Assembly: GCA_011174815.1 (NCBI GenBank)
Contig: DUFF01000082.1
Location: forward strand, 1-48,693
Source: Dehalococcoidia bacterium
Lineage (GTDB): Bacteria > Chloroflexota > Dehalococcoidia > Dehalococcoidales > RBG-16-60-22
Direction of reading: 5' to 3'
Length of the DNA stretch: 48,693 bases
Shown: in pieces, positions 17,924 to 26,912 of the stretch
Layout of the letters: the number at the start of each line of letters is the position of its first letter
Position numbering within the stretch: position 1 is the first letter of the stretch
Program-made: the position numbers and the translations under genes
Notes under the pieces: model-generated
What the model was told of the DNA's origin: nothing
The model's input: only the letters and a program-made list of their open reading frames with translations
Databases searched by the model: none

Positions 17924-18793
17924 TCAATTCAGGCCTAGAAGTGACAATGTATCCCGATGGATTATTTGCTCCAGAAGCTCCTGTGGGACCTCTGGAAGGT
18001 TGTGTTTTTTGATAAAATCATTCAGGCTGCGTAACCCGTCTATCGCCTCCTGAGGCATCGTTATCGGATAATCAGAGCCCAGAAGCAGCTTATTCATCAC
18101 TCCCCATTCATATGCCATACGAAGGCCGTTGTAAAATAACCAAGGACGATAAAATCGCCCTGAAACATCAGCGTAGACATACGGATGTTTCCTTATCACG
18201 ACGAGGCAGTCCTCTTGCCAGGGATGACCGATATGAGCCATGACTATACGCAGCTCGGGAAAGCGAATGGCAATCTCGTCCATTACCAGCGGGTGGGCGT
18301 AGCGGATGGGTGCATCACGTATCGGCGAGGTTCCCTGATGAAACAGAACGGGCAGGTTCCACTCCTGGGCTTTGGTGTAAACGCGCAGCGCATTTTCTCC
18401 CAGGGGCTCGAAATTCTGATAGTTCGGTCCCAGCTTCAATCCGCGCAGTTTGAGGTCGTGGTAGGCTCTCTCCATTTCCGCCATCGCATCCGGTGCATCC
18501 GGCCACACGGACATGAAGCCAATGACTTTCTCCGGTGCCTGCGCCACCAGTGCGGCGGTGGCATCGTTGACCTTTCTGGCGTCTTTCTCGCCAATGACGG
18601 CAGGACGGTCCGGAGGCATGGCGATGCCGAAGGAAATAACCCTGTCCACCGGCTCCATTGCCTTGAAGAAATCGCTATGGGTGGTGGTGATCCTGACCGG
18701 TTTATCCGGCCTCATCTGCTGGTTAACGATTTCCTCTCCCGGCGGCACTTCTGAGACATGGGTTGGCACATGGGTATGTACATCAACTATCAT
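17924..18793 (-). CDS. Amidohydrolase_2-family metal-dependent hydrolase/decarboxylase
   Basis: MIVDVHTHVPTH, FPELRIVMAHIGHPW and LLLGSDYP. Paralogous by eye to the partial gene at 47865. Confidence 0.75.
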   Translation of the reverse strand: MIVDVHTHVPTHVSEVPPGEEIVNQQMRPDKPVRITTTHSDFFKAMEPVDRVISFGIAMPPDRPAVIGEKDARKVNDATAALVAQAPEKVIGFMSVWPDAPDAMAEMERAYHDLKLRGLKLGPNYQNFEPLGENALRVYTKAQEWNLPVLFHQGTSPIRDAPIRYAHPLVMDEIAIRFPELRIVMAHIGHPWQEDCLVVIRKHPYVYADVSGRFYRPWLFYNGLRMAYEWGVMNKLLLGSDYPITMPQEAIDGLRSLNDFIKKHNLPEVPQELLEQIIHRDTLSLLGLN

Positions 18794-18844
18794 TGCTCAC
18801 ACTCCTAATAAATACGAATCCGGTCGCTGTTGAACTCACGATAC

Positions 18845-18853
18845 ATTCTATCA
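18845..18853 (-). promoter_or_regulatory. Extended -10 promoter element upstream of the amidohydrolase_2 gene
   Basis: The minus strand reads TGaTAGAAT about 50 nt upstream of the ATG at 18793; a GGAG RBS follows. Confidence 0.3.
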
Positions 18854-18893
18854 TTAAAAACCATTTTATACCTGTTTATACTCATAATTCCAG

Positions 18894-18954
18894 CAAAAAG
18901 CAGGGAAGAGCCGATGCAGACTCTTCCGAAAAAGCAGTCTGGAGATAATTCCAG
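18894..18954 (-). terminator. Tandem hairpin/T-tract terminator region after opuAB
   Basis: The minus strand has CTGGA-N6-TCCAG then CTGCTTTTTC, followed by GGAAGAG-N10-CTCTTCC then CTGCTTTTTG. The stems are short and the T-tracts are offset by 3-4 nt. Confidence 0.4.
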
Positions 18955-18962
18955 TTAGCTAA

Positions 18963-19814
18963 TTACTTGCGGGTGGTACCGGCTCTGCCGAATGCCTGGC
19001 TGATGCGGTCGATGATGATGGCCACGATGACGATGGCGAAGCCAGCCAGAAACCCCCGGCCCACGTCAAGCCGCTCAATACCGCGCAGCACTTCTAGGCC
19101 GAGTCCAGAAGCGCCGATCATTGACGCAATCACGACCATCGCCAGTGCCATCATAATTGTCTGGTTTACCCCGGCCATTATGCTCGGGCGCGCCAGAGGC
19201 AGCTGGATTTTGAAGAGGAGCTGTGCTCCGGTACAGCCGAAAGCCTTGCCGGCTTCAACTGTTTCCGCTGCCACCTGCCTTATGCCTAGGTTGGTAAGGC
19301 GGATGCTGGGGGGCACGGCATAGATAAAGGTGGCAACTACTGCGGGAACTTTACCCAGCCCGAAGAAAAACACTGCTGGAATAAGGTAGACAAAGCTGGG
19401 CATGGTCTGCATACCATCGAGAATGGGCCGGATGGACTGTTCAAACCGGTCACTCTTGGCGGCGGTAATGCCCAGCGGGATGCCGATTAATACCGAAACA
19501 AAGACGGCGGTTACGATTATGGCCAGCGTGGTCATGGTGTGGTCCCACAGACCAATCAAGCCGATAAATAACAGCCCTATAACGGTCACCGTGGCTACCC
19601 AGTGTCTAGCTACCTTCCAGGCGAGAATGGCTAAGATAAGTATCAGTGCCCACCAGGGTATCCACCAGAGAAATCTTTCAATATAAACCAGCGGAGTCCG
19701 GATGCCGATGGTAATGATATTGAATACTGAGGACAGTGTAACTGTAAGCCAGTCAACAGCAATATTTATCCATTCCCCTAATGGAAGGGCGAATATTTCC
19801 GGGAAGTCAAACAT
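18963..19814 (-). CDS. opuAB: Glycine betaine/proline betaine ABC transporter permease
   Basis: Multi-TM protein with the OpuAB/ProW-like N-terminus FPEIFALPLGEWINIAVDWL and EAA-type loop EAGKAFGCTGAQLLFKIQLPLARPSIMAG. Confidence 0.88.
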   Translation of the reverse strand: MFDFPEIFALPLGEWINIAVDWLTVTLSSVFNIITIGIRTPLVYIERFLWWIPWWALILILAILAWKVARHWVATVTVIGLLFIGLIGLWDHTMTTLAIIVTAVFVSVLIGIPLGITAAKSDRFEQSIRPILDGMQTMPSFVYLIPAVFFFGLGKVPAVVATFIYAVPPSIRLTNLGIRQVAAETVEAGKAFGCTGAQLLFKIQLPLARPSIMAGVNQTIMMALAMVVIASMIGASGLGLEVLRGIERLDVGRGFLAGFAIVIVAIIIDRISQAFGRAGTTRK

Positions 19815-19842
19815 ATAGACTATTTCCTGTTGCCTATAATCA

Positions 19843-19890
19843 GATACCCCCGCCCGGTTTGAGAGCGGTTCCGGTGGAGGCGGGGGTATC
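19843..19890 (-). promoter_or_regulatory. Intercistronic GC-rich stem-loop between opuAC and opuAB
   Basis: Perfect 12-bp inverted repeat GATACCCCCGCC / GGCGGGGGTATC around a 24-nt loop. No T-tract follows. Confidence 0.5.
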
Positions 19891-19907
19891 AGGCGACTAA
19901 TGTTATT

Positions 19908-20942
19908 TTATTCCGCTGTTCCCTGAGGTTCCACGATGCCCTGCGCTACGGCATCTTTCACCTTGGCAGCCACGTCTGCCGGGACGAAGGAGACCCAGAT
20001 GTCTTCCCGTTCTTTGATAGCCCAGATGGCAGCGTCAAATGGCTCGGCGTCATTTTCTTCCATGTAGGCCAGGGCCTGGCCCAGGGTCTTGGTATCCATC
20101 TTCCACTTGCCGAACATCTCAACCAGTTCCGGTGCCTTGTCGGGCAGGGTCTTGTGGCCAACGATGAACAGCTCGTTGGGGGGGTAGGCACAGCCGTGGT
20201 TTTCCTCCCAGACAGCCTCGTCATAGGACGGCTCTTCAAGACGTGTCAGATCCAGCTTGCCGCTAATCCAGGTCGGACCCCACTCGTAGGTCAGGTGGGG
20301 TTCGCCTTTTTCATAGGCGCCGTACAGAGCAGCGTGGAGGGCCTCGCTACTGCCCGGACTCTTGAGGTTATAGTATTCATCCAGCCCGTAGGCTTTAACC
20401 TGGTCCATGTTGATTTTTTCGCATTCCCAGCCGGGCACGCAGGTGATAATCGCACCCTTGCCCGGGTCCTCGGGGTCGGCAAAGAGTTCCACCATTTCCG
20501 GCTTTTTCAGGTCTTCAACGCTCTTCAGGTCCGGGGCCATAGGCTGAATGCCGCGAGTCGAGTCGCCCTCGATAACGTAGGTGGGCACTACGAAGCAGCT
20601 CTGCCAGTTATCATTGTTCAGGATGCCTAGGTGTATGATATCGCCGGCGGCTATTCCCTCATCATAGGCTTCTTTCTGATTCTGCATCCAGCCCTCGAGG
20701 AAGACGTCAAGTTCTCCAGCGCGGGTTGCCTGGAGCAGGGCGATGGTCTTACCACCAATAAGCTCTACCGGATAGCCATAGCCGTGCATAATGATTATCC
20801 GGGCAAGCTCTGACTGGAAGTGAGCGCTGCCCCAGTTTAGGTCAGAGATTTTGATTGGCTCTTTTTCCTTCTCGCCACAGCCTACTAAGACCATGCTTAC
20901 GATAATGATGGTCAGCAGTAAAAAGGTTACAATTTTTCTCAA
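19908..20942 (-). CDS. opuAC: Glycine betaine ABC transporter substrate-binding lipoprotein
   Basis: ProX/OpuAC-like body (DLNWGSAHF, EGWMQ, TYEWGPTW). Signal peptide with lipobox LVGC. TTG at 20942 with AAGGAGAA 7 nt upstream is preferred over the ORF maximum of 21002, which would overlap opuAA. Confidence 0.85.
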   Translation of the reverse strand: MRKIVTFLLLTIIIVSMVLVGCGEKEKEPIKISDLNWGSAHFQSELARIIIMHGYGYPVELIGGKTIALLQATRAGELDVFLEGWMQNQKEAYDEGIAAGDIIHLGILNNDNWQSCFVVPTYVIEGDSTRGIQPMAPDLKSVEDLKKPEMVELFADPEDPGKGAIITCVPGWECEKINMDQVKAYGLDEYYNLKSPGSSEALHAALYGAYEKGEPHLTYEWGPTWISGKLDLTRLEEPSYDEAVWEENHGCAYPPNELFIVGHKTLPDKAPELVEMFGKWKMDTKTLGQALAYMEENDAEPFDAAIWAIKEREDIWVSFVPADVAAKVKDAVAQGIVEPQGTAE

Positions 20943-20970
20943 TACACTTTCTCCTTTCTCTTTGTTTTCG

Positions 20971-22203
20971 TCACCCTTGGTGCGTGGTGACCTTAGGCGC
21001 ACCGCTATTTTCCCCGTTGGATTGCACGGCCTTGAGCAGCGCTGCCCGGGTAATGATGCCCACTAGACGCCGCCCTTTATCCAGTGCTGCCACTGGCATA
21101 TCACCTTCCGATATCAACGGCAGGCCCTGTTCCAGTGTGGCATCAGGTGAAATGGTGGGGAATTCCCGGCGGGCAACTTCCCCGATTTTGGTCGCCCCGT
21201 TTTCTTTGACAGCCAGGGCATCTTCCAGAGCGAGGGCACCCTCACAGACCCCATTCGCGTTAACGATAAAGGCAAAATCGACACCTTTTTTCTCCATTTC
21301 CTCAACGGTGGCTTTTACTGATTTCTCCCCATCGGTAACCAGTGGTGGCTCCTCTATGATGGTACTGACTGGAACCACCTTGCCACGGGGGACATCTTTT
21401 ACGAACTCGCGTACATAGTCGTCGGCAGGCATGGTGACAATCTCTTGCGGGGTACCCAGCTGGATTATGGCTCCATCGCGCATAATGGCGATGCGGTCGC
21501 CGAGAGTCAATGCTTCGAGAAGGTCATGGGTGATGAAAACCACTGTTTTCTTAACCTTGGAACGCAGATTAAGGAATTCCTCCTGCATCTGCCGACGAAT
21601 CAGTGGGTCTAGGGCACTGAAAGGCTCATCCATGAGCAGTATCTCCGAGCCGATGGCCAGAGCCCTGGCCAGCCCGACCCTTTGCTGCATACCGCCGCTT
21701 AGCTCCTGAATCCGGGAGCTCTCCCAGCCACTCAACTCAACCAATTCCAGCGCTTTTTGGGCGTTCTCCATACGCTCTTTCTTGCTGTCACCGCGTACCT
21801 CTAGCCCAAAGGTGACATTGTCAATAACCGACCGGTGTGGCAGGAGACCGAAGTGCTGAAATACCATGCTCAGTTTGTGACGGCGCAGTTCTCTGAGGTC
21901 ATGTTCATCCATCTCACCGATGTTAGCGCCTTCGATGAAAATGGAGCCGCTGCTGGGCTCTATAAGGCGATTTATACAGCGTACCAGCGTTGATTTACCG
22001 CTGCCGGAAAGTCCCATAACCACAAAGACTTCATTATCCTGAACCTCGAAGGAGACATCCCGGATAGCGATGACGTGTCCTGTTGCTTCTCTGATCTCCT
22101 GCTTGGAAGCCCCGTTTTCAATTAAATCGCGTATGCTCTCCGGGCGAGGGCCAAAGATTTTCCATAACCCTTGGCAGCGTATCTTATGGTTGTTATCAGC
22201 CAT
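20971..22203 (-). CDS. opuAA: Glycine betaine/proline ABC transporter ATPase with tandem CBS domains
   Basis: Walker [10 protein letters not shown], signature [15 protein letters not shown], Walker [13 protein letters not shown] and a C-terminal CBS pair. No obvious SD upstream of the ATG. Confidence 0.92.
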   Translation of the reverse strand: MADNNHKIRCQGLWKIFGPRPESIRDLIENGASKQEIREATGHVIAIRDVSFEVQDNEVFVVMGLSGSGKSTLVRCINRLIEPSSGSIFIEGANIGEMDEHDLRELRRHKLSMVFQHFGLLPHRSVIDNVTFGLEVRGDSKKERMENAQKALELVELSGWESSRIQELSGGMQQRVGLARALAIGSEILLMDEPFSALDPLIRRQMQEEFLNLRSKVKKTVVFITHDLLEALTLGDRIAIMRDGAIIQLGTPQEIVTMPADDYVREFVKDVPRGKVVPVSTIIEEPPLVTDGEKSVKATVEEMEKKGVDFAFIVNANGVCEGALALEDALAVKENGATKIGEVARREFPTISPDATLEQGLPLISEGDMPVAALDKGRRLVGIITRAALLKAVQSNGENSGAPKVTTHQG

Positions 22204-22379
22204 AATAACATAAAAGTCCAGAATAAAAGGGAATTAAAAGTGGGGAAAATTGGCAGGGGAGGCCAATCAGCCTCATATAATGAAGCTACCCTCAAGGCCA
22301 GCCGGCGGGAACTTTACATAACCTCCTTACAAGTTTATTTTGATTTCATATAATGCCTGACGGCCTTCAAAGCTACTGT

Positions 22380-22408
22380 ACTTTAACAGACGAAAAATGA
22401 TAAGTCAA
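22380..22408 (-). promoter_or_regulatory. Candidate sigma70-like promoter for the opuA operon
   Basis: The minus strand reads TTGACT-N17-TAAAGT, which implies a leader of about 170 nt. Confidence 0.3.
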
Positions 22409-22630
22409 AAGCAAAAAAACTGAATAAACTGGTTTAAATGGAACAGTAAAGCATTATATTACCCGTTACCAAAATATCATATAAAATACGTCCATATACT
22501 TTAAAATACTCCGTTATACTCCTGATTTAGCACCATGTTATATTTAGCATTATCGGTGGAGGATTTGTGTTAGAATTTTTTCGCTGTGAAGCATTTTTTG
22601 GTACTCTTTCCCGGTTATGAAGGCTCACCA

Positions 22631-22659
22631 TTGCAAATCTTGTTTTACAGCGTTATTAT
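22631..22659 (+). promoter_or_regulatory. Candidate sigma70-like promoter for the methylmalonyl-CoA mutase operon
   Basis: TTGCAA-N17-TATTAT, 42 nt upstream of the ATG at 22701, followed by a TTGCGG-AAAT-TTGCGG direct repeat and an AAAGGAGGTG RBS. Confidence 0.4.
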
Positions 22660-22700
22660 TAGTTGCGGAAATTTGCGGCAAAAAGGAGGTGATAAACCTC

Positions 22701-24302
22701 ATGGCTGAACTGAAGGAGAGGAGAAAGGAGTTCCGGACCACAGTTGATGGGATTCTGGTTGACAGGGTATACAGCGCAGATGATGTGCCGGAAAATGAAG
22801 TTGATACCAGTCCGCCGGGAGAATATCCCTTTACCCGTAACATAATGCCCGCCGGTTATCGCACCAGACTATGGACGATGCGACAGTATGCCGGCTTTGC
22901 CACCGTGGAAGAAACAAATCAGCGTTACAAGTATCTTTACCAGCAGGGTCAGACGGGGTTCAGCGTTGCCTTTCACCTGCCAACGCAGATGGGCTATGAT
23001 TCAGACCATCCCCTGGCGCTTCCCGAAGTCGGTCGAGTTGGGGTGGCCATCGATTCGTTAAAGGATATGGAAGACCTCTGGAACGGTATCCCGCTTGGTG
23101 AGGTAAGCACCTCGATGACCATCAATGCGACTGCTCCCATTATACTGGCGATGTATATTGCAGCCGCCGAGAAACAGGGCGTAGCGCAGAATCAGCTTAT
23201 GGGAACGGTACAGAATGACCTGCTGAAAGAATATGTTGCGCGGAACACGTATATCTTTGCCCCCGAGCCATCAATGAGGCTGACCACAGATATATGCAGC
23301 TACTGCGCGCGGAATATGCCGAAGTGGAACTCGATAAGCATCAGCGGATACCATATGCGTGAAGCCGGGGCGACCGCCATTCAGGAGGCCGCCTTTGCTT
23401 TGGCCAACGGTATCGCTTACGTACAGGCGATGATCGACCGTGGAATGGACGTCGATTCTTTTGCTCCGCGCTTCTCCTTTTTCTTCGCCGCCTTTACCAA
23501 TCTCTTTGAGGAGGTGGCCAAATTCCGGGCACTGCGGCGCGTCTGGGCAAAGATAATGAAGGAGAGGTTCAATGCCCAGAACGAACGGTCCATGATGCTC
23601 AAATTCCATGTCCAAACCGGCGGCTGCACTCTTGCCGAACAGCAGCCGCTCAACAATGTGGTCAGGGTGGCCATACAGGCGCTGGCGGCGGTTCTGGGCA
23701 GCTGCCAATCACTGCACACCAACTCGTATGACGAGGCGCTGGCCCTGCCCAGCGAGGAAGCGGTGCAGCTGGCCCTGCGAACACAGCAGATACTTGCTTA
23801 CGAGAGCGGCGTCGCTGACACCGTCGATCCAGTGGGCGGCTCTTACTATATAGAATGGCTGACCAATCGGATAGAGGAAGGCGTACAGCAATATATCGCC
23901 ACAATCGACAAGATGGGCGGAGCACTGGAAGCAATCAAGAGGGGCTATATTCAGAGGGAGATAAGGCGGTCGGCCTACAACCATCAAAAAGCGGTGGATG
24001 CGGGCGACCAGGTCGTGGTTGGTGTCAACAAATATACCTCAGAGGAGCCCCTGGACCTGGAGCTTCTTGAGATAGATGAGAGCGTCGCCAGAAAACAGAT
24101 TGAGCGACTGCAGAAGCTAAAAAGCGGGCGAGATAAGGAAAAGGTTCGCCAAACTCTGGAGAAGGTGCGCCAGGTAGCCGAAAGCACGGAAAATATCATG
24201 CCGGCTCTAATTGAAGCGGTGAAGGCATATGCAACGGTCGGAGAAATATCTGACGCATTGAGAGGCGTTTTCGGCGAGTATAAAGAGCCGAGCCTGCTGT
24301 AA
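22701..24302 (+). CDS. Methylmalonyl-CoA mutase family, large (substrate-binding TIM barrel) subunit
   Basis: [45 protein letters not shown] and [24 protein letters not shown] before the ATG at 22701; the ORF extension to 22617 would contain the predicted promoter. Confidence 0.9.
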   Translation: MAELKERRKEFRTTVDGILVDRVYSADDVPENEVDTSPPGEYPFTRNIMPAGYRTRLWTMRQYAGFATVEETNQRYKYLYQQGQTGFSVAFHLPTQMGYDSDHPLALPEVGRVGVAIDSLKDMEDLWNGIPLGEVSTSMTINATAPIILAMYIAAAEKQGVAQNQLMGTVQNDLLKEYVARNTYIFAPEPSMRLTTDICSYCARNMPKWNSISISGYHMREAGATAIQEAAFALANGIAYVQAMIDRGMDVDSFAPRFSFFFAAFTNLFEEVAKFRALRRVWAKIMKERFNAQNERSMMLKFHVQTGGCTLAEQQPLNNVVRVAIQALAAVLGSCQSLHTNSYDEALALPSEEAVQLALRTQQILAYESGVADTVDPVGGSYYIEWLTNRIEEGVQQYIATIDKMGGALEAIKRGYIQREIRRSAYNHQKAVDAGDQVVVGVNKYTSEEPLDLELLEIDESVARKQIERLQKLKSGRDKEKVRQTLEKVRQVAESTENIMPALIEAVKAYATVGEISDALRGVFGEYKEPSLL

Positions 24303-24337
24303 GGCATGTTTTTCGTATTCGGGGGGAATATAAATTA

Positions 24338-24757
24338 ATGGTAGATAGAAAAGTACGGGTACTGATAGCCAAACCGGGCCTCGACGGGCATGACCGCGGC
24401 GCCATCGCCGTAGCTCAGGGACTGAGGGATGCGGGAATGGAGGTCATCTATCTGGGGCTGCGTTTAACCCCGGAGCAGATTGCGGAGGCCGCGATACAGG
24501 AAGACGTTGACGTTATCGGGATGAGCTGCCTTTCCGGTGGCCATCTGACGCTATTCTCAAAAACGATGGATAGTTACCGAAAGAAAAGCAACAAAAAAGT
24601 CGTGTTCATCGGGGGTGGCATCATCCCCAAAAAAGATGTTCCGAAGTTGCAGAATGCCGGTATCGCGGGAACTTTTGGCCCGGGAACACCTATCCATGAG
24701 ATTGTCAGCTTTATTAAGGCTGAACTGGGGAAGATAAGCGATGATAAAGAAGATTAA
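24338..24757 (+). CDS. Methylmalonyl-CoA mutase small subunit, B12-binding domain
   Basis: RVLIAKPGLDGHDRGA (DxHxxG), MSCLSGGHL and GGGIIP. Confidence 0.9.
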   Translation: MVDRKVRVLIAKPGLDGHDRGAIAVAQGLRDAGMEVIYLGLRLTPEQIAEAAIQEDVDVIGMSCLSGGHLTLFSKTMDSYRKKSNKKVVFIGGGIIPKKDVPKLQNAGIAGTFGPGTPIHEIVSFIKAELGKISDDKED

Positions 24758-25139
24758 CCATATCGGCATTGCCGTGAACAGCATTGACCAGTCACTGAAG
24801 CTCTATACCGGGGTGCTGGGCCTGAGCCTCAAAGAAATTGAGGTTGTCGAGGAGCAGCGGACCAGAACCGCCATTCTGCCGGTGGGCGAAAGCAGCATCG
24901 AACTGCTTGAATCGACTGACCCGGAAAGTCCAATTGCCAGATACATTGAGAAGTTCGGTGAAGGGATACACCATCTGGCGCTGGAGGTGGATAATATCGA
25001 CGATGCGTTGAAACAGGTGGCGCAGAGCGGCCTGCCCTTAATCGATGAGACGCCGCGGAAGGGTGTTGAGAACACAAACATCGCTTTTCTGCATCCCAAG
25101 GGTACGGGCAGGGTGCTGCTGGAACTGGTGCAGAGATAA
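24741..25139 (+). CDS. Methylmalonyl-CoA epimerase (VOC/glyoxalase fold)
   Basis: MIKKINHIGIAVNSID...IELLE...GEGIHHLALEVDNID...IAFLHPKGTGRVLLELVQ. 17-nt overlap with the preceding gene. Confidence 0.85.
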   Translation: MIKKINHIGIAVNSIDQSLKLYTGVLGLSLKEIEVVEEQRTRTAILPVGESSIELLESTDPESPIARYIEKFGEGIHHLALEVDNIDDALKQVAQSGLPLIDETPRKGVENTNIAFLHPKGTGRVLLELVQR

Positions 25140-25177
25140 CTGACCGGAACGCTCCCTGACGCTACGCAGTAATCAAG

Positions 25178-26113
25178 ATGAGAAAAATCCTGCCTTTGCT
25201 GATTATCCTGATAATGGTACCGGCAGCGGCTCCTTCCTGTCAGCCAGGCGCACCCGTCGCCCAAGAGCAGAGACTGGAACTGATAGAAGAGATCAAAGCG
25301 TTTGAGAGAAAACTTGGATTTCTTGAGACCGATAATTTTAAGACCTACAGCCCGGAAATAGGTGCCTATGATTACCTGTTTTACACCTCCAGCACTCAGC
25401 TTCCTTACTCGCTTGATGACCCCGCGTTGATAGCGGCCATCGGCACGCGGGACAGCGTCTACATCGATTTTCAGAAGTACGATGCCTATTTCTATTCCAT
25501 TCCCTCCGTAGCTGGAGAGGGCACGCCGGTAACCGAGTCCTTGCTGCAGGCGCCCCTCTACCGCTTTATCCAGGTCATCTTTCATGAGGACTGGCATGAG
25601 CAGATTGACCTGCCTCACGGGCTGGAGGAGCCCTCTGCGGAGGTAATCGGCTATGCCGCCGCAATGCTGTTTACCAGAGATAAGTTCGGTCAGGATTCAC
25701 CGGTCTATCGAACTTTGCAAAAGCATTTCGACAGAAAATCCAGAGAAAGCGAGGTTTACCGGGAATATTACGCAGAGCTCGATGCCCTCTATGCGCAGTA
25801 TCATGAGGGCAAGCTTTCCGAACTGGATACATTGATAAGGAAAGCCCGTCTGCTGGAAGCCATGGGCAATGATCTGTATGACATCTGGGGCGGCAAACCG
25901 GACCAGCTGAACAACGCTTTCATCGCCTTCCAGATGACCTATTTGCGGTACTTTCCTCTGATGCAAGAGGTTTTGAAGGCAACCGATTTCGACCTCACAA
26001 AAACAATCTCGATATTCCTTTCCATGCCGGAGCAGGGAAAGGTCTCTGATACCCTGGAACAGGTAAAGGGTATAGAAAGGCGGGTTGCGGACTATTTATC
26101 CCGCAATCTGTAG
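25178..26113 (+). CDS. Secreted/lipoprotein-like putative zinc metallopeptidase (HExxH)
   Basis: N-terminal signal peptide MRKILPLLIILIMVPAAAPSC and an HExxH motif in IFHEDWHEQ. Assignment to the predicted-aminopeptidase family is by eye only. Confidence 0.45.
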   Translation: MRKILPLLIILIMVPAAAPSCQPGAPVAQEQRLELIEEIKAFERKLGFLETDNFKTYSPEIGAYDYLFYTSSTQLPYSLDDPALIAAIGTRDSVYIDFQKYDAYFYSIPSVAGEGTPVTESLLQAPLYRFIQVIFHEDWHEQIDLPHGLEEPSAEVIGYAAAMLFTRDKFGQDSPVYRTLQKHFDRKSRESEVYREYYAELDALYAQYHEGKLSELDTLIRKARLLEAMGNDLYDIWGGKPDQLNNAFIAFQMTYLRYFPLMQEVLKATDFDLTKTISIFLSMPEQGKVSDTLEQVKGIERRVADYLSRNL

Positions 26114-26221
26114 AAATCTTATGATTTTCACCGCTTGTCCATCCCTGTGACCGTTTATGCCCCGTAATACGGAGATAAATCGTTTTCCTCGCGTTTTCCA
26201 TATCATGATTAATGGTGTAAT

Positions 26222-26884
26222 ATGTCTAAAATTTTGTTTGCCAAGGGGTGGTTAATGGAGCAGCAGGACAAATTGCAGTGGATTTATTCATCCCGTAACA
26301 ACGAAGAACTGGCGGAGCGGTATGACCAGTGGGCGAAAGAATATGATGCCGACCTGGAGCATGATTTCGGCTGGCAGGGTCCTGAGTTTACTGTGGATTT
26401 ATTTGCCAAATATGTGCCCAGAGACGCCAGAATACTGGATGCCGGCGCCGGGACCGGTCTCGTTGGCGTTGTTCTGGCACAAAAAGGTTATCGAAATATA
26501 GCAGCGATGGACCTTTCCCGAGGGATGCTCGAGGAGGCGCGTCAGAAAAACGTGTACGCTGAATTTCACCAGATGGTGATGGGCGAGGCGCTGGATTTTC
26601 CCACCGATTCATTCGATGCCGTCATCAGCGTCGGTGTGCTGACGCTGGGACATGCCCCGGCAAGTTCTCTTGACGAGTTGCTGCGGATTACCCGGCCCGG
26701 CGGTTACATCGTGTTTTCCCTGCGTCCTGATGTCTACGAGAACAATGGTTTCAGGGAGAAGATGACTGGTTTGGAGAAGTCCGGTAAATGGGAACTCGCT
26801 GAAGTGAGCGAGAAAAAGCAGGTGCTGCCCAAAGGCGAGCCGGATGTATATCATCAGCTCTGGGCGTACAAAGTCCTTGTGTAG
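26222..26884 (+). CDS. Class I SAM-dependent methyltransferase
   Basis: Motif I ILDAGAGTGLVG, post-I AAMDLS and motif II-like FDAVISVGVL. An alternative start lies at 26255. Confidence 0.8.
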   Translation: MSKILFAKGWLMEQQDKLQWIYSSRNNEELAERYDQWAKEYDADLEHDFGWQGPEFTVDLFAKYVPRDARILDAGAGTGLVGVVLAQKGYRNIAAMDLSRGMLEEARQKNVYAEFHQMVMGEALDFPTDSFDAVISVGVLTLGHAPASSLDELLRITRPGGYIVFSLRPDVYENNGFREKMTGLEKSGKWELAEVSEKKQVLPKGEPDVYHQLWAYKVLV

Positions 26885-26912
26885 CTGGCACCGTATGGGG
26901 CAGAGGAGGAAT

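Noticed and set aside
22318-22332. AAGGAGG followed by ATG-TAA (a start-stop mini-ORF) on the minus strand in the opuA leader.
   Set aside because: The SD-to-ATG spacing is only 2 nt, which is too short for initiation. It is probably coincidental.
22204-22700. A possible cobalamin riboswitch upstream of the B12-dependent mutase, or in the opuA leader. I also checked 17841-17923 upstream of the corrinoid protein.
   Set aside because: On either strand I could not recognise a B12-box-like core or the GC-rich multi-stem architecture. The region is mostly AT-rich, and the gap at 17841-17923 is too short. A covariance-model scan would be decisive, but I could not run one.
24803-25618. A 271-aa minus-strand ORF across the epimerase and HExxH-protein genes.
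   Set aside because: It spans an intergenic gap and two plus-strand genes that have clear signatures. It is most likely a chance open frame.
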